A DNA stretch of 64,000 nt from Utricularia gibba. Its lineage: Eukaryota > Plantae > Magnoliophyta. Under the pieces are notes generated by a model. It was not told where the DNA came from, did no database searches, and worked only from the letters and a program-made list of their open reading frames with translations. Both the position numbers and the translations under genes were made by a program. Shown here piece after piece: positions 41,980 through 54,504 of this stretch; position 1 is the stretch's first letter; each line of letters begins with the position of its first letter. The stretch is from assembly GCA_002189035.1 (NCBI GenBank), contig CM007990.1, positions 4,774,001-4,838,000 on the forward strand. The letters run 5' to 3'.

Positions 41980-41983
<4 letters not shown>

Positions 41984-42025
<42 letters not shown>
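41984..42025 (+). repeat. (CT)21 microsatellite in the MKP1 5' leader region
   Basis: Uninterrupted CT run of 42 bp. Confidence 0.95.
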
Positions 42026-42028
<3 letters not shown>

Positions 42029-42356
42029 GCTCTGTCTGTCTGTATTTTTATGAGCCCACACATCCGAACGGCCTTTTTTTGCTTGTTCTTGCTTTCACCG
42101 CTTCACCCAATTGATTGACAGTGATTGTGAAGGGAGGGGGTATCCTAATCCGTGGTGGGTTGGTTTTATCTTGAGCGTAGTCTTTGTCCGGAGGGTGAAG
42201 TTGAAGTCTTGTTGATGTGGGTTTTGTGGGATTCGTCTTTTTATGTTTCTGCTGACCAGTTCTGATTCTGGGTTTGCGCGAAATTGATGAATTGCCTAGT
42301 TTTTGTTTCGGTTTTGGCTTGTAGTTGTTCGGGGAGACGGGGCGGTGCTGATTGAA

Positions 42357-43667
42357 ATGATCAGTGGGGAAGAGAAGGATCGGGGCCCAGGTGGGAAATG
42401 GAACAGTAAAGCGCGAGCTTGCTTGCCGCCTCTTCAACCACTTTCGATTGTGCGGTCAAGCGTTGAGGAATGGCCTAAAGCGGGTTCAGATGATCTTGGC
42501 GTTTGGCCAAATCCTGCTTTTTCAGGTGCCAAATCAGGATCTGTAACGCCGCGTGAGAAATCAACTCTTGATCATCACTCAAGAGAATTCGATTATAGGA
42601 AAGACAAGCTCGCGTTTTTCAATAAGGAGTGTTCTAGGATACTGGATCACATCTATTTGGGAAGTGATGCCATCGCAAAGAATCGTGAGATCCTACGGGA
42701 AAATGGGATCACGCATGTCTTAAACTGTGTCGGATTTGCTTGTCCTGAGTATTTTAAAGAAGAGTTGGTGTATAAAACTCTATGGCTACAAGATTGTCCA
42801 TCAGAGGATATCACAAGCATTCTTTATGATGTGTTCGATTATTTTGAAGATGTTCGTGAGCAAGGTGGTCGTGTTCTTGTTCATTGTTGTCAGGGTGTAT
42901 CCAGATCAAATTCTTTGGTAATAGCTTATCTTATGTGGAAAGATGGGCAGAACTTTGATGATGCTTTTCAGCAAGTAAAAGCCGCCAGGGGAGTTACTGA
43001 TCCAAACTTGGGATTTGCTTGCCAACTCTTGCAGTGTCAAAAGCGTGTTCATGCGATGCCTCCGAGCCCAGCTTCTGCTCTTAGGATGTATCAAATGGCA
43101 CCTCATTCACCATATGATCCCCTTCATCTTGTTCCCAAATTGCTTTCAGAGCCTGGTCCGGGTCGTCTTGACTCTCGGGGTGCTTTCATTATCCAAACTC
43201 CGTCAGCTTTATATATGTGGATTGGAAAACATTGCACCCCATTGATGTCAGATAATGCTTTATTGGCCGCATCCCAGGTTATTCATTATGAGCGAGTTAA
43301 GGGTCCTGTTATAGAGCTCCGGGAGGGTGAGGAGACAATTGACTTCTGGGATGCTTTAAGTTGTGGAAGAAGTTCCAATGATGGATCTCAAGAACAAGCT
43401 CCTGATAGTAGTTCGAATCAAGGGTCCGGCATTATTCCAACATCTTCTGGAAGGAAAGTTGCAGACTATGATACAGATTTTGAAATCTTTCATGGAGCAC
43501 TTTCTGGTGGTTTTGTGCCACCTTTTCCATTATCAGAATCCGTGACGGAGACATGCCTTCCTGCGAGAGAAAATGGTTGGAATAAATTGAGAAGAAAAAT
43601 TGCTACCGGTGCTGTAAAAGAATTTATCTTCTCTTCCAAATCAGAGTTCTCGTTTCCTCACAGGTAA
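42357..43667 (+). CDS. MKP1: MAP kinase phosphatase 1-like dual-specificity phosphatase with gelsolin-like domain; short N-terminus, C-terminal part apparently truncated
   Basis: NSKARACLPPLQPL, EEWPKAGSDDLG, DKLAFFNKECSRI, catalytic VHCCQGVSRS, APHSPYDPLHLVPK, LDSRGAFI, LYMWIGK, REGEETIDFWDAL; stop TAA at 43665. Confidence 0.9.
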   Translation: MISGEEKDRGPGGKWNSKARACLPPLQPLSIVRSSVEEWPKAGSDDLGVWPNPAFSGAKSGSVTPREKSTLDHHSREFDYRKDKLAFFNKECSRILDHIYLGSDAIAKNREILRENGITHVLNCVGFACPEYFKEELVYKTLWLQDCPSEDITSILYDVFDYFEDVREQGGRVLVHCCQGVSRSNSLVIAYLMWKDGQNFDDAFQQVKAARGVTDPNLGFACQLLQCQKRVHAMPPSPASALRMYQMAPHSPYDPLHLVPKLLSEPGPGRLDSRGAFIIQTPSALYMWIGKHCTPLMSDNALLAASQVIHYERVKGPVIELREGEETIDFWDALSCGRSSNDGSQEQAPDSSSNQGSGIIPTSSGRKVADYDTDFEIFHGALSGGFVPPFPLSESVTETCLPARENGWNKLRRKIATGAVKEFIFSSKSEFSFPHR

Positions 43668-44895
43668 AATGATGAAGTTGAGGCAGTCGACAGATATAAG
43701 GAAAGTGATGCTATCCGTTTTTGTAGCCGGATGCTGAAGTTGGGATGGAATGTTTTGCATTCCAGTCCTCGCCGACTCCTGCTCAGCATCATCCTGACAC
43801 CGTCTCTCTTCCCTTCCCTTCCCTTCAACTGCCTCCGAATGAACTAGTTCCCTTTCGCCCTTCATCTGCAGATTTCATTTACAGTGTAAATCCCAGATAT
43901 AAAACCCCATTCAGCGGAACTGGCATGAATTATATCTGTTAATTGTGATTCATTGGTTGGCCATCTTCTGGTGCAGAAAGGCTTAACCAAAGATGCAGAA
44001 TTTAAGATACTTGCTGTTTTTTTACCTCCCAACTTAAAATATATCATTTATGTCCACAAGAAAAGAAAAGGTACTTGCTGTTTGAGTTTTGGATTCGAAT
44101 CTGAGATTTTGTTGGAAATCTGAATATGAACACGCACCCAGTGTTTCTTCATTGGCTGGCAATATCTGCTCTTATATCCGCGTGGGGACATTCTTATTTT
44201 TCTTTCAGATTATGTAAGGAGCGTGAAGATGGTGAATTCAGTGAAACTCGAGGAGATCACAACTGAAACAAGCAGACTCTGAATGAGCCTAGAGCCATTC
44301 GGCGGAACCAAGTTCATATATAGTAGCTTAGCCAAAAAGCTATTCACGACTCCATGTAACATGTAGCATGTGAAAACTCCAGCTTTATGCCTGTGAGATG
44401 TGAGGAAGCAGAATTCATTTTCTTGCTATTGTAGAAAAAGAATTCATTTTTACGTTCGATTGTAATGAAGCAGACCATTTTCGAAGATGTTGTCTCGGTG
44501 CAAAGGAGTTATCCATAATTCTCAAACCAGTGCTAAAAAGATTCAAGCTTTCAGAGAGTCAACAGATTCCCTTGATGCGTCGCCATCCCTGCTATCTTAA
44601 CTGCAATTTGGGCAGTTGGTTGACTCCGCACATTATTATGATCCAGATGTGTGGTTTTAGGGATGTACTTTGGATCAAATGTTGAAATAATCCCACTCCC
44701 CTCATACCCGTTCTGGAAAAAGTTTTCCTTTTCATTCTTCTGGTAATTCTGAAAATCTGCTCCCCAGAATTTCACAAATCCAATGAAGCGGTTGTGGGGG
44801 AGTATTACACGCAATCCAATGTAGCCATTTAGGCGTGTTATTCTTCTTCCCAGCATTTATAAAATGCCGATATGTAGTTGAAACACGCTGGAGTC

Positions 44896-47800
44896 ATGGG
44901 GATTCTTCCGTTGAGCTCATTTTTCTGCATTTCTCTCTGCAGCCTTTTACCCCTAAGGTGTTCTCTCTCGCCCCCTCGTTTCTCTAATCTCTTACAAGTT
45001 ACAAGACGATTAAATTATTCGTACTGTTTCTTCTTCTTGTTGTTGTTCGACTGGTTCTAAAAATCAACAAGGAAACATTTTTTTTTCGTTTAATGGAACA
45101 TGGGATGAAATTGTTGTCTTTTTCATCATCTCTCTCAAGATTAGTTTTTTCGGGGTGATCTGTTTTCGCCATAACTACTTTTGGTGCATTCCTTACCAGC
45201 TCGGGAGTGAAAGAGTTAGCTAGCGTTCCACCGAAAGGTTGGAATTCTTATGATTCATTTTCATGGGTTATTTCTGAGGAAGAGTTCCTCAATAACGCGG
45301 AACTCGTTTCTCGTCACCTGCGTCAGTATGGATATGAGGTACTCTTCGGTTTGGCGCATAGAGATACATTAAACTTCAACTGGGCTCTTTGACAACGCCA
45401 CAAATTTAACCACTACCATGCAAATAGTATGTTGTGGTGGATTATCTTTGGTACAGGAGAAAAGTTGAAGGTGCTTATTCAGATTCATATGGCTTTGACG
45501 TTGTTGACGAGTGGGGTAGGTTGATGCCTGACCCTGGTCGATGGCCATCTTCCAGTTCTGGGAAGGGATTCACAGAAGTGGCTGAGAAAGTTCATCAGAT
45601 GGGGTTGAAATTTGGGATTCATGTTATGAGGGGAATCAGCAGGCAGGCTTTTGATGCCAAGACACCTATCTATGATGTTACCACAGTAAGGCACCATAGT
45701 ACCCAAATTCTGCTTTAGTTTTGAATCTTAAATTCTGCTTCAATTTGGCTCAAAACAGACGCTGTCATAAACTGAAACAATCTCATCATTTACAGGGTCG
45801 AGCTTACGAGGAGTCAGCAAAGCAATGGCGTGCAAATGATATAGGAATTTCAGAAAGGGAATGTGCATGGATGAAAAATGGATTCATGAGTGTGGACACG
45901 AACCTGGGAGCTGGCAGAGCGTTTTTGAGATCTCTCTACCAACAGTATGCTGAATGGGGTGTCGATTTTGGTACGATCTTGTATTCAACCTTGAGAGATC
46001 CCTTTTTGAATGTGTGCATCTTTCTAGAACTGAAGCTTTGAAAGCGTTCAATTAATAATTCATCCTTCTCTGTTAAAAAGCCTCTCTTTGCAGTTAAGCA
46101 TGACTGCGTATTTGGGGCTGACTTTGATCTTGCTGAAATAACGTACGTTTCACAGGTAAAGCTTTCTCGTGTTCATTCAGTTTCTTCAGATGTCATTTCA
46201 TGAACCAAGGAGAAGATAACCCGTACTTCATCATTTGCTTCATTTATCACTACCCTTTTATTTTGAACATAATCATGCAGGTATTGACTGAGCTTAACAG
46301 GCCACTGTTGTATTCGTTATCTCCGGGAACAAGTGTGACATCTTCGATGGCAAGGGATGTTAGCGGCCTTGTCAACATGTACAGAATCACCGGTGATGAC
46401 TGGGATACATGGCCTGATGTTGTTTCTCATTTCGACATTACACGGTGAGGGATTGTTTAAAAACAAAATTTGAAGCATCCCTGTATTGATTTTATAATGG
46501 AATATTGGGCGTTCTGTTTACTGACTTGTCATAGAGAATTAGCTGATGCAAATATGATAGGAGCAAAGGGGAATCTTGGAAGATCTTGGCCTGACTGCGA
46601 CATGCTTCCACTCGGCTGGCTTACTGATGCAGGTAGCAAACTAAACTGGTCTGATCATGAGGAAGAAAAACATTTGGAGAGTATCTTTTCTGCCAATGTT
46701 TAATGCTGATCCGCAGGTGGTAACCAAGGCCCTCATCGAAAATCTAAGCTTACACCGGATGAACAGAGATCACAGGTAATCTACGTGATCATCCTTCGTT
46801 TTGTAATAGCTATTTTATAAAGTAGTGTGCACACAAACTCTGTTCAGATGACTTTATGGTCAATGGTGAGGTCCCCTTTAATGTTTGGAGGAGACATGAG
46901 ACAGCTTGATGAATCAACTTTGAGACTGTTATCTAATCCAACACTGTTAGAGATAAACAACTTCAGCTCAGATAACAGGGAGGTATGATCCCAACTTCAC
47001 AATGGTGGTTCCGTAAATATACAGTTAAACTGTAGCTGTTCTGTTCCACATCTTCAGTTCCACTACATGGCAAGCGGAATTTCTGGTCAAAGAAGGAAAC
47101 TTTTACTAGAAGAACAAGGTGTGTCAAGTACACTTATGCTGAGACTAACTAGCTGTGAAGATTTGGAGGCAAGAGGCTGGTATACTGAAGCTATTGAAGA
47201 TGAAATTGAACGTGTATGCTGGAAAGACGAATTGAATGCTGGAAGGGAGCAGTTTTGCCTATACCAAAGAAAGCCTCTTCTTTCCATGTAACCAAGTTTT
47301 CTCTCTTGTTCTTGCATTTTGAAAGTATGTGACTTGAGCTGTTAGAGAGTCTGGTGTAGGGGTGAAGGAGCAATATATAAACATGAGCATCATGGCAAAG
47401 TTCAGCTACTAGAGAACAATGCTAGGGGATCCTGCCTCATTGCTTCTCCAAATCAGAAGGTTACTTCCAGAGGCATAAATGCAGGCATGTTTTCCCCTTG
47501 CAAATGGGATGATACAAACCAGGTGAACTCCATGTCTGATTCACAGATCAGTCCTCTATGTTTGTGATTTGTGATCCATTAAGTGAAGAAATCTTGTGGT
47601 CATAAAGATGTGGGAGCTGGCTCTGAACGGCACTCTGATGAATAGCTACTCCAGGTTATGTGCATCCATGCCAAGATCACAAGGTAATGCCTGATGCATA
47701 GATGCTTGTCATCTTTACCATCTGGCTGCTATCCTTCTGTAACTATGGTTGCCTATCACCTTGAATGCAGCATATTCTGCCTCAAAAATTCGTGCTTGGG

Positions 47801-48127
47801 TAGCGACCGGAAGAACAGGTTCGTTTCGATCTTCTAAACCTCATGCTGTGTTGAAGTGATTACTAGCTTCACATCTTTCACCTCTACTTCTGATCAGGAG
47901 AAATCTATCTTGCGTTCTTCAATTTGGGTGACGAGAAGGTTGCAATATCCATGACGATTCAGGATGTGAAAGCAGCACTTCCTGGGAAAACCCATGACTT
48001 TTCTGCATGCAAATGCAAGGAGGAATGGACTCAGAAAGACTTCGGAGTCGTAACAGGATCATTCTCTACAACTCTGGAAATCCATGGATGTGCTCTTTTT
48101 GTTTTGTCCTGCCCCGGGGCTAGCTGA
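44896..48127 (+). CDS. APSE: GH27 alpha-galactosidase / beta-L-arabinopyranosidase (At3g26380 APSE-like), multi-exon
   Basis: Signal peptide; PPKGWNSYD, VVDYLWYRR, DEWGRLMPDPGRWPSS, KFGIHVMRG, WGVDF-KHDCVFG, YRITGDDWDTW, SWPDCDMLPLGWLTD, QMTLWSMVRSPLMFGGD, EIHGCALFVLSC. Confidence 0.92.
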
Positions 48128-48286
48128 AATGCTCTCTTGAGTCTTTGATCTCAATAAAATGTTGACCTTGCACGAAACAGTGGCACGAAAACCACAGGTA
48201 TCTGCTAAGAAAATATACTTCAGAATGGCAGCAGTGCTTTAAAGTCTAGAACCAGGAGCAGGAACTCAGAACTCAACGCTCTTTGT

Positions 48287-48558
48287 TCAAGTTCCAGCTG
48301 CTGCACTGATGCACTCAATAGCTTGCTTGCACATTCCAGACATGGTTGCCTCAGGTCCGTACACCTTCAACATCAAGAAAACAGCCATTAACAAATTTCT
48401 GTTTCAGCTCCAAGTGAAGCTGAGGGAGTTACTCATTTCACCTCAATTGGAATGCCGGTTTTTGCAGCAAGGCTTCTCATCTTGTCATGTCATTTCTAGC
48501 ATTTGGGGCCTCCTCTTCTGACATACAAATGCGTTCTAGCAGCCTTGAGCTTGGATTC
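48287..48558 (-). pseudogene. ACLA: Relic of ATP-citrate lyase subunit A (last two exons with their intron)
   Basis: Exon 48558-48442 reads [37 protein letters not shown]; GT-AG intron 48441-48365; exon 48364-48287 reads [25 protein letters not shown]. This matches the recalled ACLA C-terminus [55 protein letters not shown]. Confidence 0.88.
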
Positions 48559-48984
48559 CTGGTTCACAGAGAATTAGATTCACTGGAAGAAAACTCACTG
48601 GTTTCATGAACACGTTAGACAGAGTCACAGATGTGAGACTTGATTCTTCAACAAAAAAACCAAGGGAGCCACGTTCAGGGGGTAAACTGTCATTTTTTGA
48701 TACTATAGGGGTTGATATAAAAATTCGCATATTATCGAGGACCATGCGGCATCCGCATGGGTGAAGATATTGTAATGTGAAGGGCGCTGTGTGGAATAAA
48801 TAATAAATATTGGGGCCAATTTTTGAGTGGTTTGTTTTTATCGGATTCGGGAAACTTTCGAGAAACGGGGTTTTCGCTTTCTTGGCATCGGAAATAGCCT
48901 CGATCAGGCGGAGTCCGGCAGAACGAAATCAGGCATTGTGTTGGCGGTCGTGACTCTTCAGAGGCTTAAGTGAGTACGGGGGTG

Positions 48985-50438
48985 ATGGATAAGGAGAAAA
49001 TTCAAGAACTGAAGATCCATTTGGAGAATTTCGTCAATGAAGCAAAGGAATATGTGCACCGGGTTCCTTCTTCGCAGCTTTATGTAGCTGTTGGAGTACT
49101 CGTATTCACCATAATTTTCTTCTTATTAAGTGAGCTTCGTCACTCCAAAGACCGCATCTTGCTTTCGTTTGGTTATGATTTGCCTAGGGTTTAGATTTTG
49201 TTTAGTTGCATGGTTTTTGAATTTCTCCTACCATGGTAATTTTTGGGAACCTTGCTTTTCGAAATTTGATTTGGCTTTGGGTTAGATACGCAATGTCAGA
49301 CATGGGAGTGCCGGATATGGAATTGGTTATGGAGTGATAGTGTTTTTTTTTTTTTCTGTTTCTCTTCACCGACTTTGATAAGCTTACCTGTTGCGTCACA
49401 GTTCGTCTTTTCAAGCGTAGATCCTCTGATACTATTTTGCTGACTGGACTTAGTGGAAGTGGAAAAACTATTCTGTTTTACCAGGTAGGAGGAAAAATTC
49501 ATCCAAAATTTCATGAAGTTGTAGTTTTTAATGCGTTGATGACGAAAGGCATTAACTTTTCCGTTTATGTTAGCTGCGGGATGGTTCGTCTCATCAAGGA
49601 ACTGTCACTTCTATGGAGCACAATGAAGGAACTTTTGTGCTGCACTCGGAGGCTAGTAAGGTAATTCATTTTCTCGCATGCACGTGTGGTTTGCTGATGC
49701 TGGTGCATTGCATGCTATGAAACAGGGATTTACAGACATTTTTTAAAGAGTGGATCATCTTTTTTTGTTCAGAAGGGAAAAATAAAGCCAGTACATATTG
49801 TTGATGTTCCTGGTCATCCACGGCTCAGACCTAAACTGGATGAACTTTTGACTCAAGCAGCCGGCATAGTTTTTGTGGTGGATGCGTTGGAGTTTTTGCC
49901 AAATATTCGGAGTGCTTCTGAGTATGCTTCATTTTATTTTTTCAAGTTCATTATGCAAATTGGTCCGTGAATGGAGGCTTATTCTAATGTTTCAAAATTT
50001 TCATGCATTTTAATTTTCTGCCATAGGTACCTTTACGATATTTTGACCAAGGGGATTGTGGTGAAGAAAAAAATTCCAGTGCTTCTACTGTGTAACAAGG
50101 TGGACAAAGTTACTGCACATTCAAAAGATTTTATCAGAAAGCAGCTGGAGAAGGAAATGTGAGATGCCATTTTTAGTATTAAACCATAGCTAGCTTATTC
50201 TCATTGTTTTTATATCTACCTCATATTCTATTCTGCTGCCATCAGTGACAAGCTGCGGGCGTCAAGGACAGCACTTTCTTCAGCAGACATTTCAAACGAG
50301 TACACCCTCGGGACCCCTGGAGAAGCTTTCACCTTTACTCAATGCCTCAACAAAGTCACCACCGCGGAATCCTCTGGTTTAACCGGTGATGTTTCTCAGC
50401 TGGAGGAGTTTATTCGTAAGCATGTCAGGGCATTGTAA
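48985..50438 (+). CDS. SRPRB: Signal recognition particle receptor subunit beta
   Basis: N-terminal TM helix; P-loop LLTGLSGSGKTILFYQ; HIVDVPGHPRLR; VLLLCNKVDK; QLEKEI-DKLRASR; ends EEFIRKHVRAL-stop. Confidence 0.94.
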
Positions 50439-51924
50439 AATCACTCCCTCAGAGCACTTCATTTCACTGGAAACACGATATGTCACATAGAGTCCATGAA
50501 TACCCTGCAATCACATCCCCAACTGTTTTCATTAAGCAGCAGTGGATTGTCTTAAGAGGCTCTCCTTTGAAGATGATGGATTATTAGGTGAGTTTTGTAG
50601 CATCTTTGTTGAAAAATGAGTCGAGTCAAAAATCCAACAATTGCTTGTCTTTGTTGTTTTCTGGATTCTGTCTCCTCATGTTCGTTGTTGGGGCTTTGAG
50701 CTTTAAGAATCACGTTGATTGAGCTGGTTGCTTGTCTTTTAATTGTTGAGCTCTTCCCACAAACCACACACACACACAAGAAGCTGTCCTTCAGCAGTAC
50801 CCAGAACAAGTTTCTTGAACTCCATACCAGTATTATTATTTAAAGCAAGTGGTATTATGGATATGAACAAGTTAATTTTATTGCATTCTAGAAAAAGTAT
50901 ATGGGAAAAATGAAGTGTCGTGGTCCTAAAGGTTTTAGAGTAAAAGAGGTCCGTGAAGGCTTCCGCACTTCCACAGGTTCCTTTCCTTTTCCACTAGCAA
51001 AGAGACAAGAGAAGAGCACCATCCAAATTTCTGATGTGGTAAAAAAATCGAAGGGGTGCAAGTAAAACCCCTTCCTTACATGATTTCTCTCCTTCATGCA
51101 GATAGACATTGTAGTATCCTTCTTCTTTCAGAACAGTCTGTGCTGTTTCATAGATACACAAATGAGTGGATCATCTTAAAGGTATAGCAAGTGAGTGCAG
51201 TTCCCTCCTTTTTCCTCTTAGCTTAATGACATCTCTAGTTTTGTGCACAAACTTGCTGTGTGTGTGTCTGTGTCTGTATATCCACAAATGTAAAACAAGC
51301 ATGCGTGCAGGGTAAATTTTTGAGTCCCTTAACGCACAAAAAATGACTGTGGGTCATCCTCAAGTGCAGGATGGATTGTGGGTTTGGGATGTGGTGCTCC
51401 GGAATGGATTGGAGGGGGCGTGGAGACAAGACAACGAAGGGGAAGCCCGTGAAGAGTGAGAGGGTACGTGAATATGCTGTGCATGTGACGATGTGAAGGA
51501 AAGGGGAGGAGCTGCTTCTGTTACGATTCCTCAAACTGCTGAGGCCGTGGAAAAAAGAATGACAGACAAATTCTCGAGAAAAGCCATGAAAGAACAAAAC
51601 AGCTTGGCGTGTCTCCAGTTCTCAGCCCTTCGTCTTCTCCTCCTACTCCAAGCATTCTAGTTCCTTTGTTGGAAATCATTAGCAGGTGGATGGATGCCTT
51701 ATTTACAGTTAATCTGATCAGCCGTGCTTCATTGGGCATGGCCACGTATGGCTAAAACTCTGCATGGAAGTGATGAAATTTGGCACATGGTTCTGGTTTT
51801 ATATCAACGGTCAATACTCCTCCACTTCTCCCTATAACTGTCACTCAACAGTTTTCTTCATTAACCGAAGTCAGGCTCAGGCAGGCTACTTTCCTCTCCC
51901 TGCCTTTCTGCCCCCACCGGAGAA

Positions 51925-53874
51925 ATGAGCAGGTTCAGGTTCAGGAAAAGCACAGTGGTCTTCACCGTTTTGCTTCTGGTATGCTGGTCCAATGTTGACT
52001 GTAGTAGAGTAAGCCGGCGACACCCCCGGCTGAGAGGCGCGGCCGCGGCTTCTGTTTGGAGGAAGAAGGGAAGAAGCCACGGCTCTTATCACCACCATGG
52101 CACTAAGCCAAAGGCTCCATCGGCGCCGCCTCCAGCGACCCTGCCGCGGCAAACCCCTGATCCCAAGGTCTTCAATGTGTTGAATTTTGGAGCCAAAGGC
52201 GATGGTGCCACGGATGACACTAAGGTTAGCTACTGCAGGAATTTACTTTAGAGGCGCTTTTTCATGGCATCACATGAAACTGTGAACCGACGCCGTATTC
52301 GACAGGCGTTCCAGGATGCATGGGCCTCGGCTTGTAAAGTGGAAGCTTCTGTGATCGCAATTCCTGCGAAGTACGTCTTCCTCGTCGGCCCCATTTCGTT
52401 CTCCGGCACCGACTGTCAACATAACATTGTTTTCCAGGTATAGATTTTGTTGTGTAAACTGCAGATTTCTTTGATTCACTGTTGTGCTACTGTGCTATCA
52501 CTAAACTGGCTTTCTTTCTACAGTTGGATGGTACAATAATCGCTCCGACGAGTCCGGCAAGGTGGGGCTCCGGCCTTTTACAGTGGCTCGAGTTTACGAA
52601 GCTCGTCGGATTGAAGATCCTGGGGAGTGGAACAATCGACGGAAGTGGTGATGTTTGGTGGCAGAGTGCTCCTTATGACGACGACCCTTTGGATGATCAA
52701 TCTAAGCTCATCTTCCCACAAACAACACGTCGCCAGAACTCACTCATGTTCCGGTATTGAATCCGATTCATTTCCAATAAAACAGTTTGGATCCGTTCAC
52801 CACTCGGCTTGACTGAGCTTCCCATGTTTTCAGATGATCGGAAAAATGCCGAAAACAAAACCGACTGTAACAATCTTCTCTACTTTCTTACTGTGTTTAT
52901 TCAAGGAGATTGATGATCTGTGTAACCTTCTCAGGCAATCAGATTCTATGGAAGTGTTAACGTAACAGTGACGGGAATCACCATTCAGAGAAGCGCACAG
53001 TGCCATCTGAAGTTCGATAACTGTATTGGCGTTTCCGTTTACAATTTCACGGTGACTTCCCCCGGTGACAGCCCAAACACCGACGGCGTTCATCTGCAGA
53101 ACTCTAGAGATGTCCTCATCCGCACCTCCAACATCTCCTGCGGTAATGCCTCGTGTTTGTCCTCTGTACATGACTGCGTGTTCTCCTCCCGTTAACGAAG
53201 AACTCATTCTGTAAGGGGACGACTGTGTTTCTATCCAAACGGGATGCTCAAATGTGTACATTCACGACGTGAGCTGCGGCCCCGGGCACGGGATCAGCAT
53301 CGGCGGGCTCGGCAGAGACAACACCAAGGCCTGCGTTTCGAATGTCACCGTACGAGATGTCTATATGCAGAACACAATGAATGGTGTCAGAATCAAGACA
53401 TGGCAGGTAATAATCTGAGCCAAATCGCAGATGGATCCATCCCCTTTGATCCCTCTCCTCCTTCTTCTTCCTCAGGGGGGATCAGGATCCGTACAAGGAG
53501 TCCAATTCTCCAACATACATGTCTCAGAAGTGCAGCTTCCGATCGTAATCGACCAATACTACTGCGACAAACCCAAGTGCACGAACCAAACCTCCGCCGT
53601 CGCCCTCGACGGAATCAGCTACGAGAACATTCGCGGGACGTACACGGTGAAGCCGGTGCATCTGGCTTGCAGCGATCACACGCCGTGCGTGGGCGTGACT
53701 CTGAGGAACATCCAGCTGCTCCCACGGCCGCAAAAGTACCATATGTACGATCCATTTTGCTGGCAGACTTTTGGGCGGCTGCTCTCTCCGACGGTGCCGG
53801 CGGTGGAATGCGTGCAGATGGGAAAACCGGCCAGCAACAAGACCCGCCGTGACGATGCGCAGTGTTCCACATAA
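51925..53874 (+). CDS. GH28 polygalacturonase, At1g60590/At1g10640-like
   Basis: Signal peptide and His/Pro-rich linker; [13 protein letters not shown]; all four PG motifs ([25 protein letters not shown]); [14 protein letters not shown]; [10 protein letters not shown]. Confidence 0.95.
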
Positions 53875-54504
53875 CAAGGCGCCACAATGAAAGCATTATA
53901 CTTGTATAATAGCCTATAAGCTGAGGTATGTTTATTTAGTAGTATTTGGGGGAATTTTATTAATTAGGGTTTTCAATGATTACATTAGGTTTTGTACCAC
54001 CACATATCAATTATGCAAATTTCATTAAATAACAATTTCTTCAAAATATATTCATATTCAGATTCTTTATTTATTTTAATTTTAATTACATTTATTTGAT
54101 AAAATAATTTAATTAGTACTATAATTAACTTATTTATTTTTAAATGAATACATTTAATATATTGAATATTTAAATTTATTTCAATACGCGTATATTAATA
54201 AATATATTTTTCAAATATGCGTTATTATTAATATATGGATGTTTGAATATTTAAACTCGAGTACAAATAATTATTTAATATTCAACAAAAAAATATTATC
54301 AAATCAGGTTTAAAATTTTAATAAATGGGCCGGGCCGGGACATTTATGAATGAGGTATTTAAAGTTGCGACCCAATTTGATTAATAGAAGGGTACTACTG
54401 GAATTTAGCACATCTTATCTGATCCACATCGGAATATGGTCGTTTCTCGTTACCAGAAGATTGGGGTGTGACTTCTTTGTTGATCAAGGACTCGAAGCAG
54501 AGGA

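Noticed and set aside
44551-44856. 101-aa minus-strand ORF upstream of APSE
   Set aside because: No family recognised in any frame; lies in the probable promoter region.
46585-46610. WPDCDML instead of the usual WPDLDML in the GH27 enzyme
   Set aside because: A single substitution at a non-catalytic position; the catalytic Asp motifs (KHDC, GDDWD) are intact.
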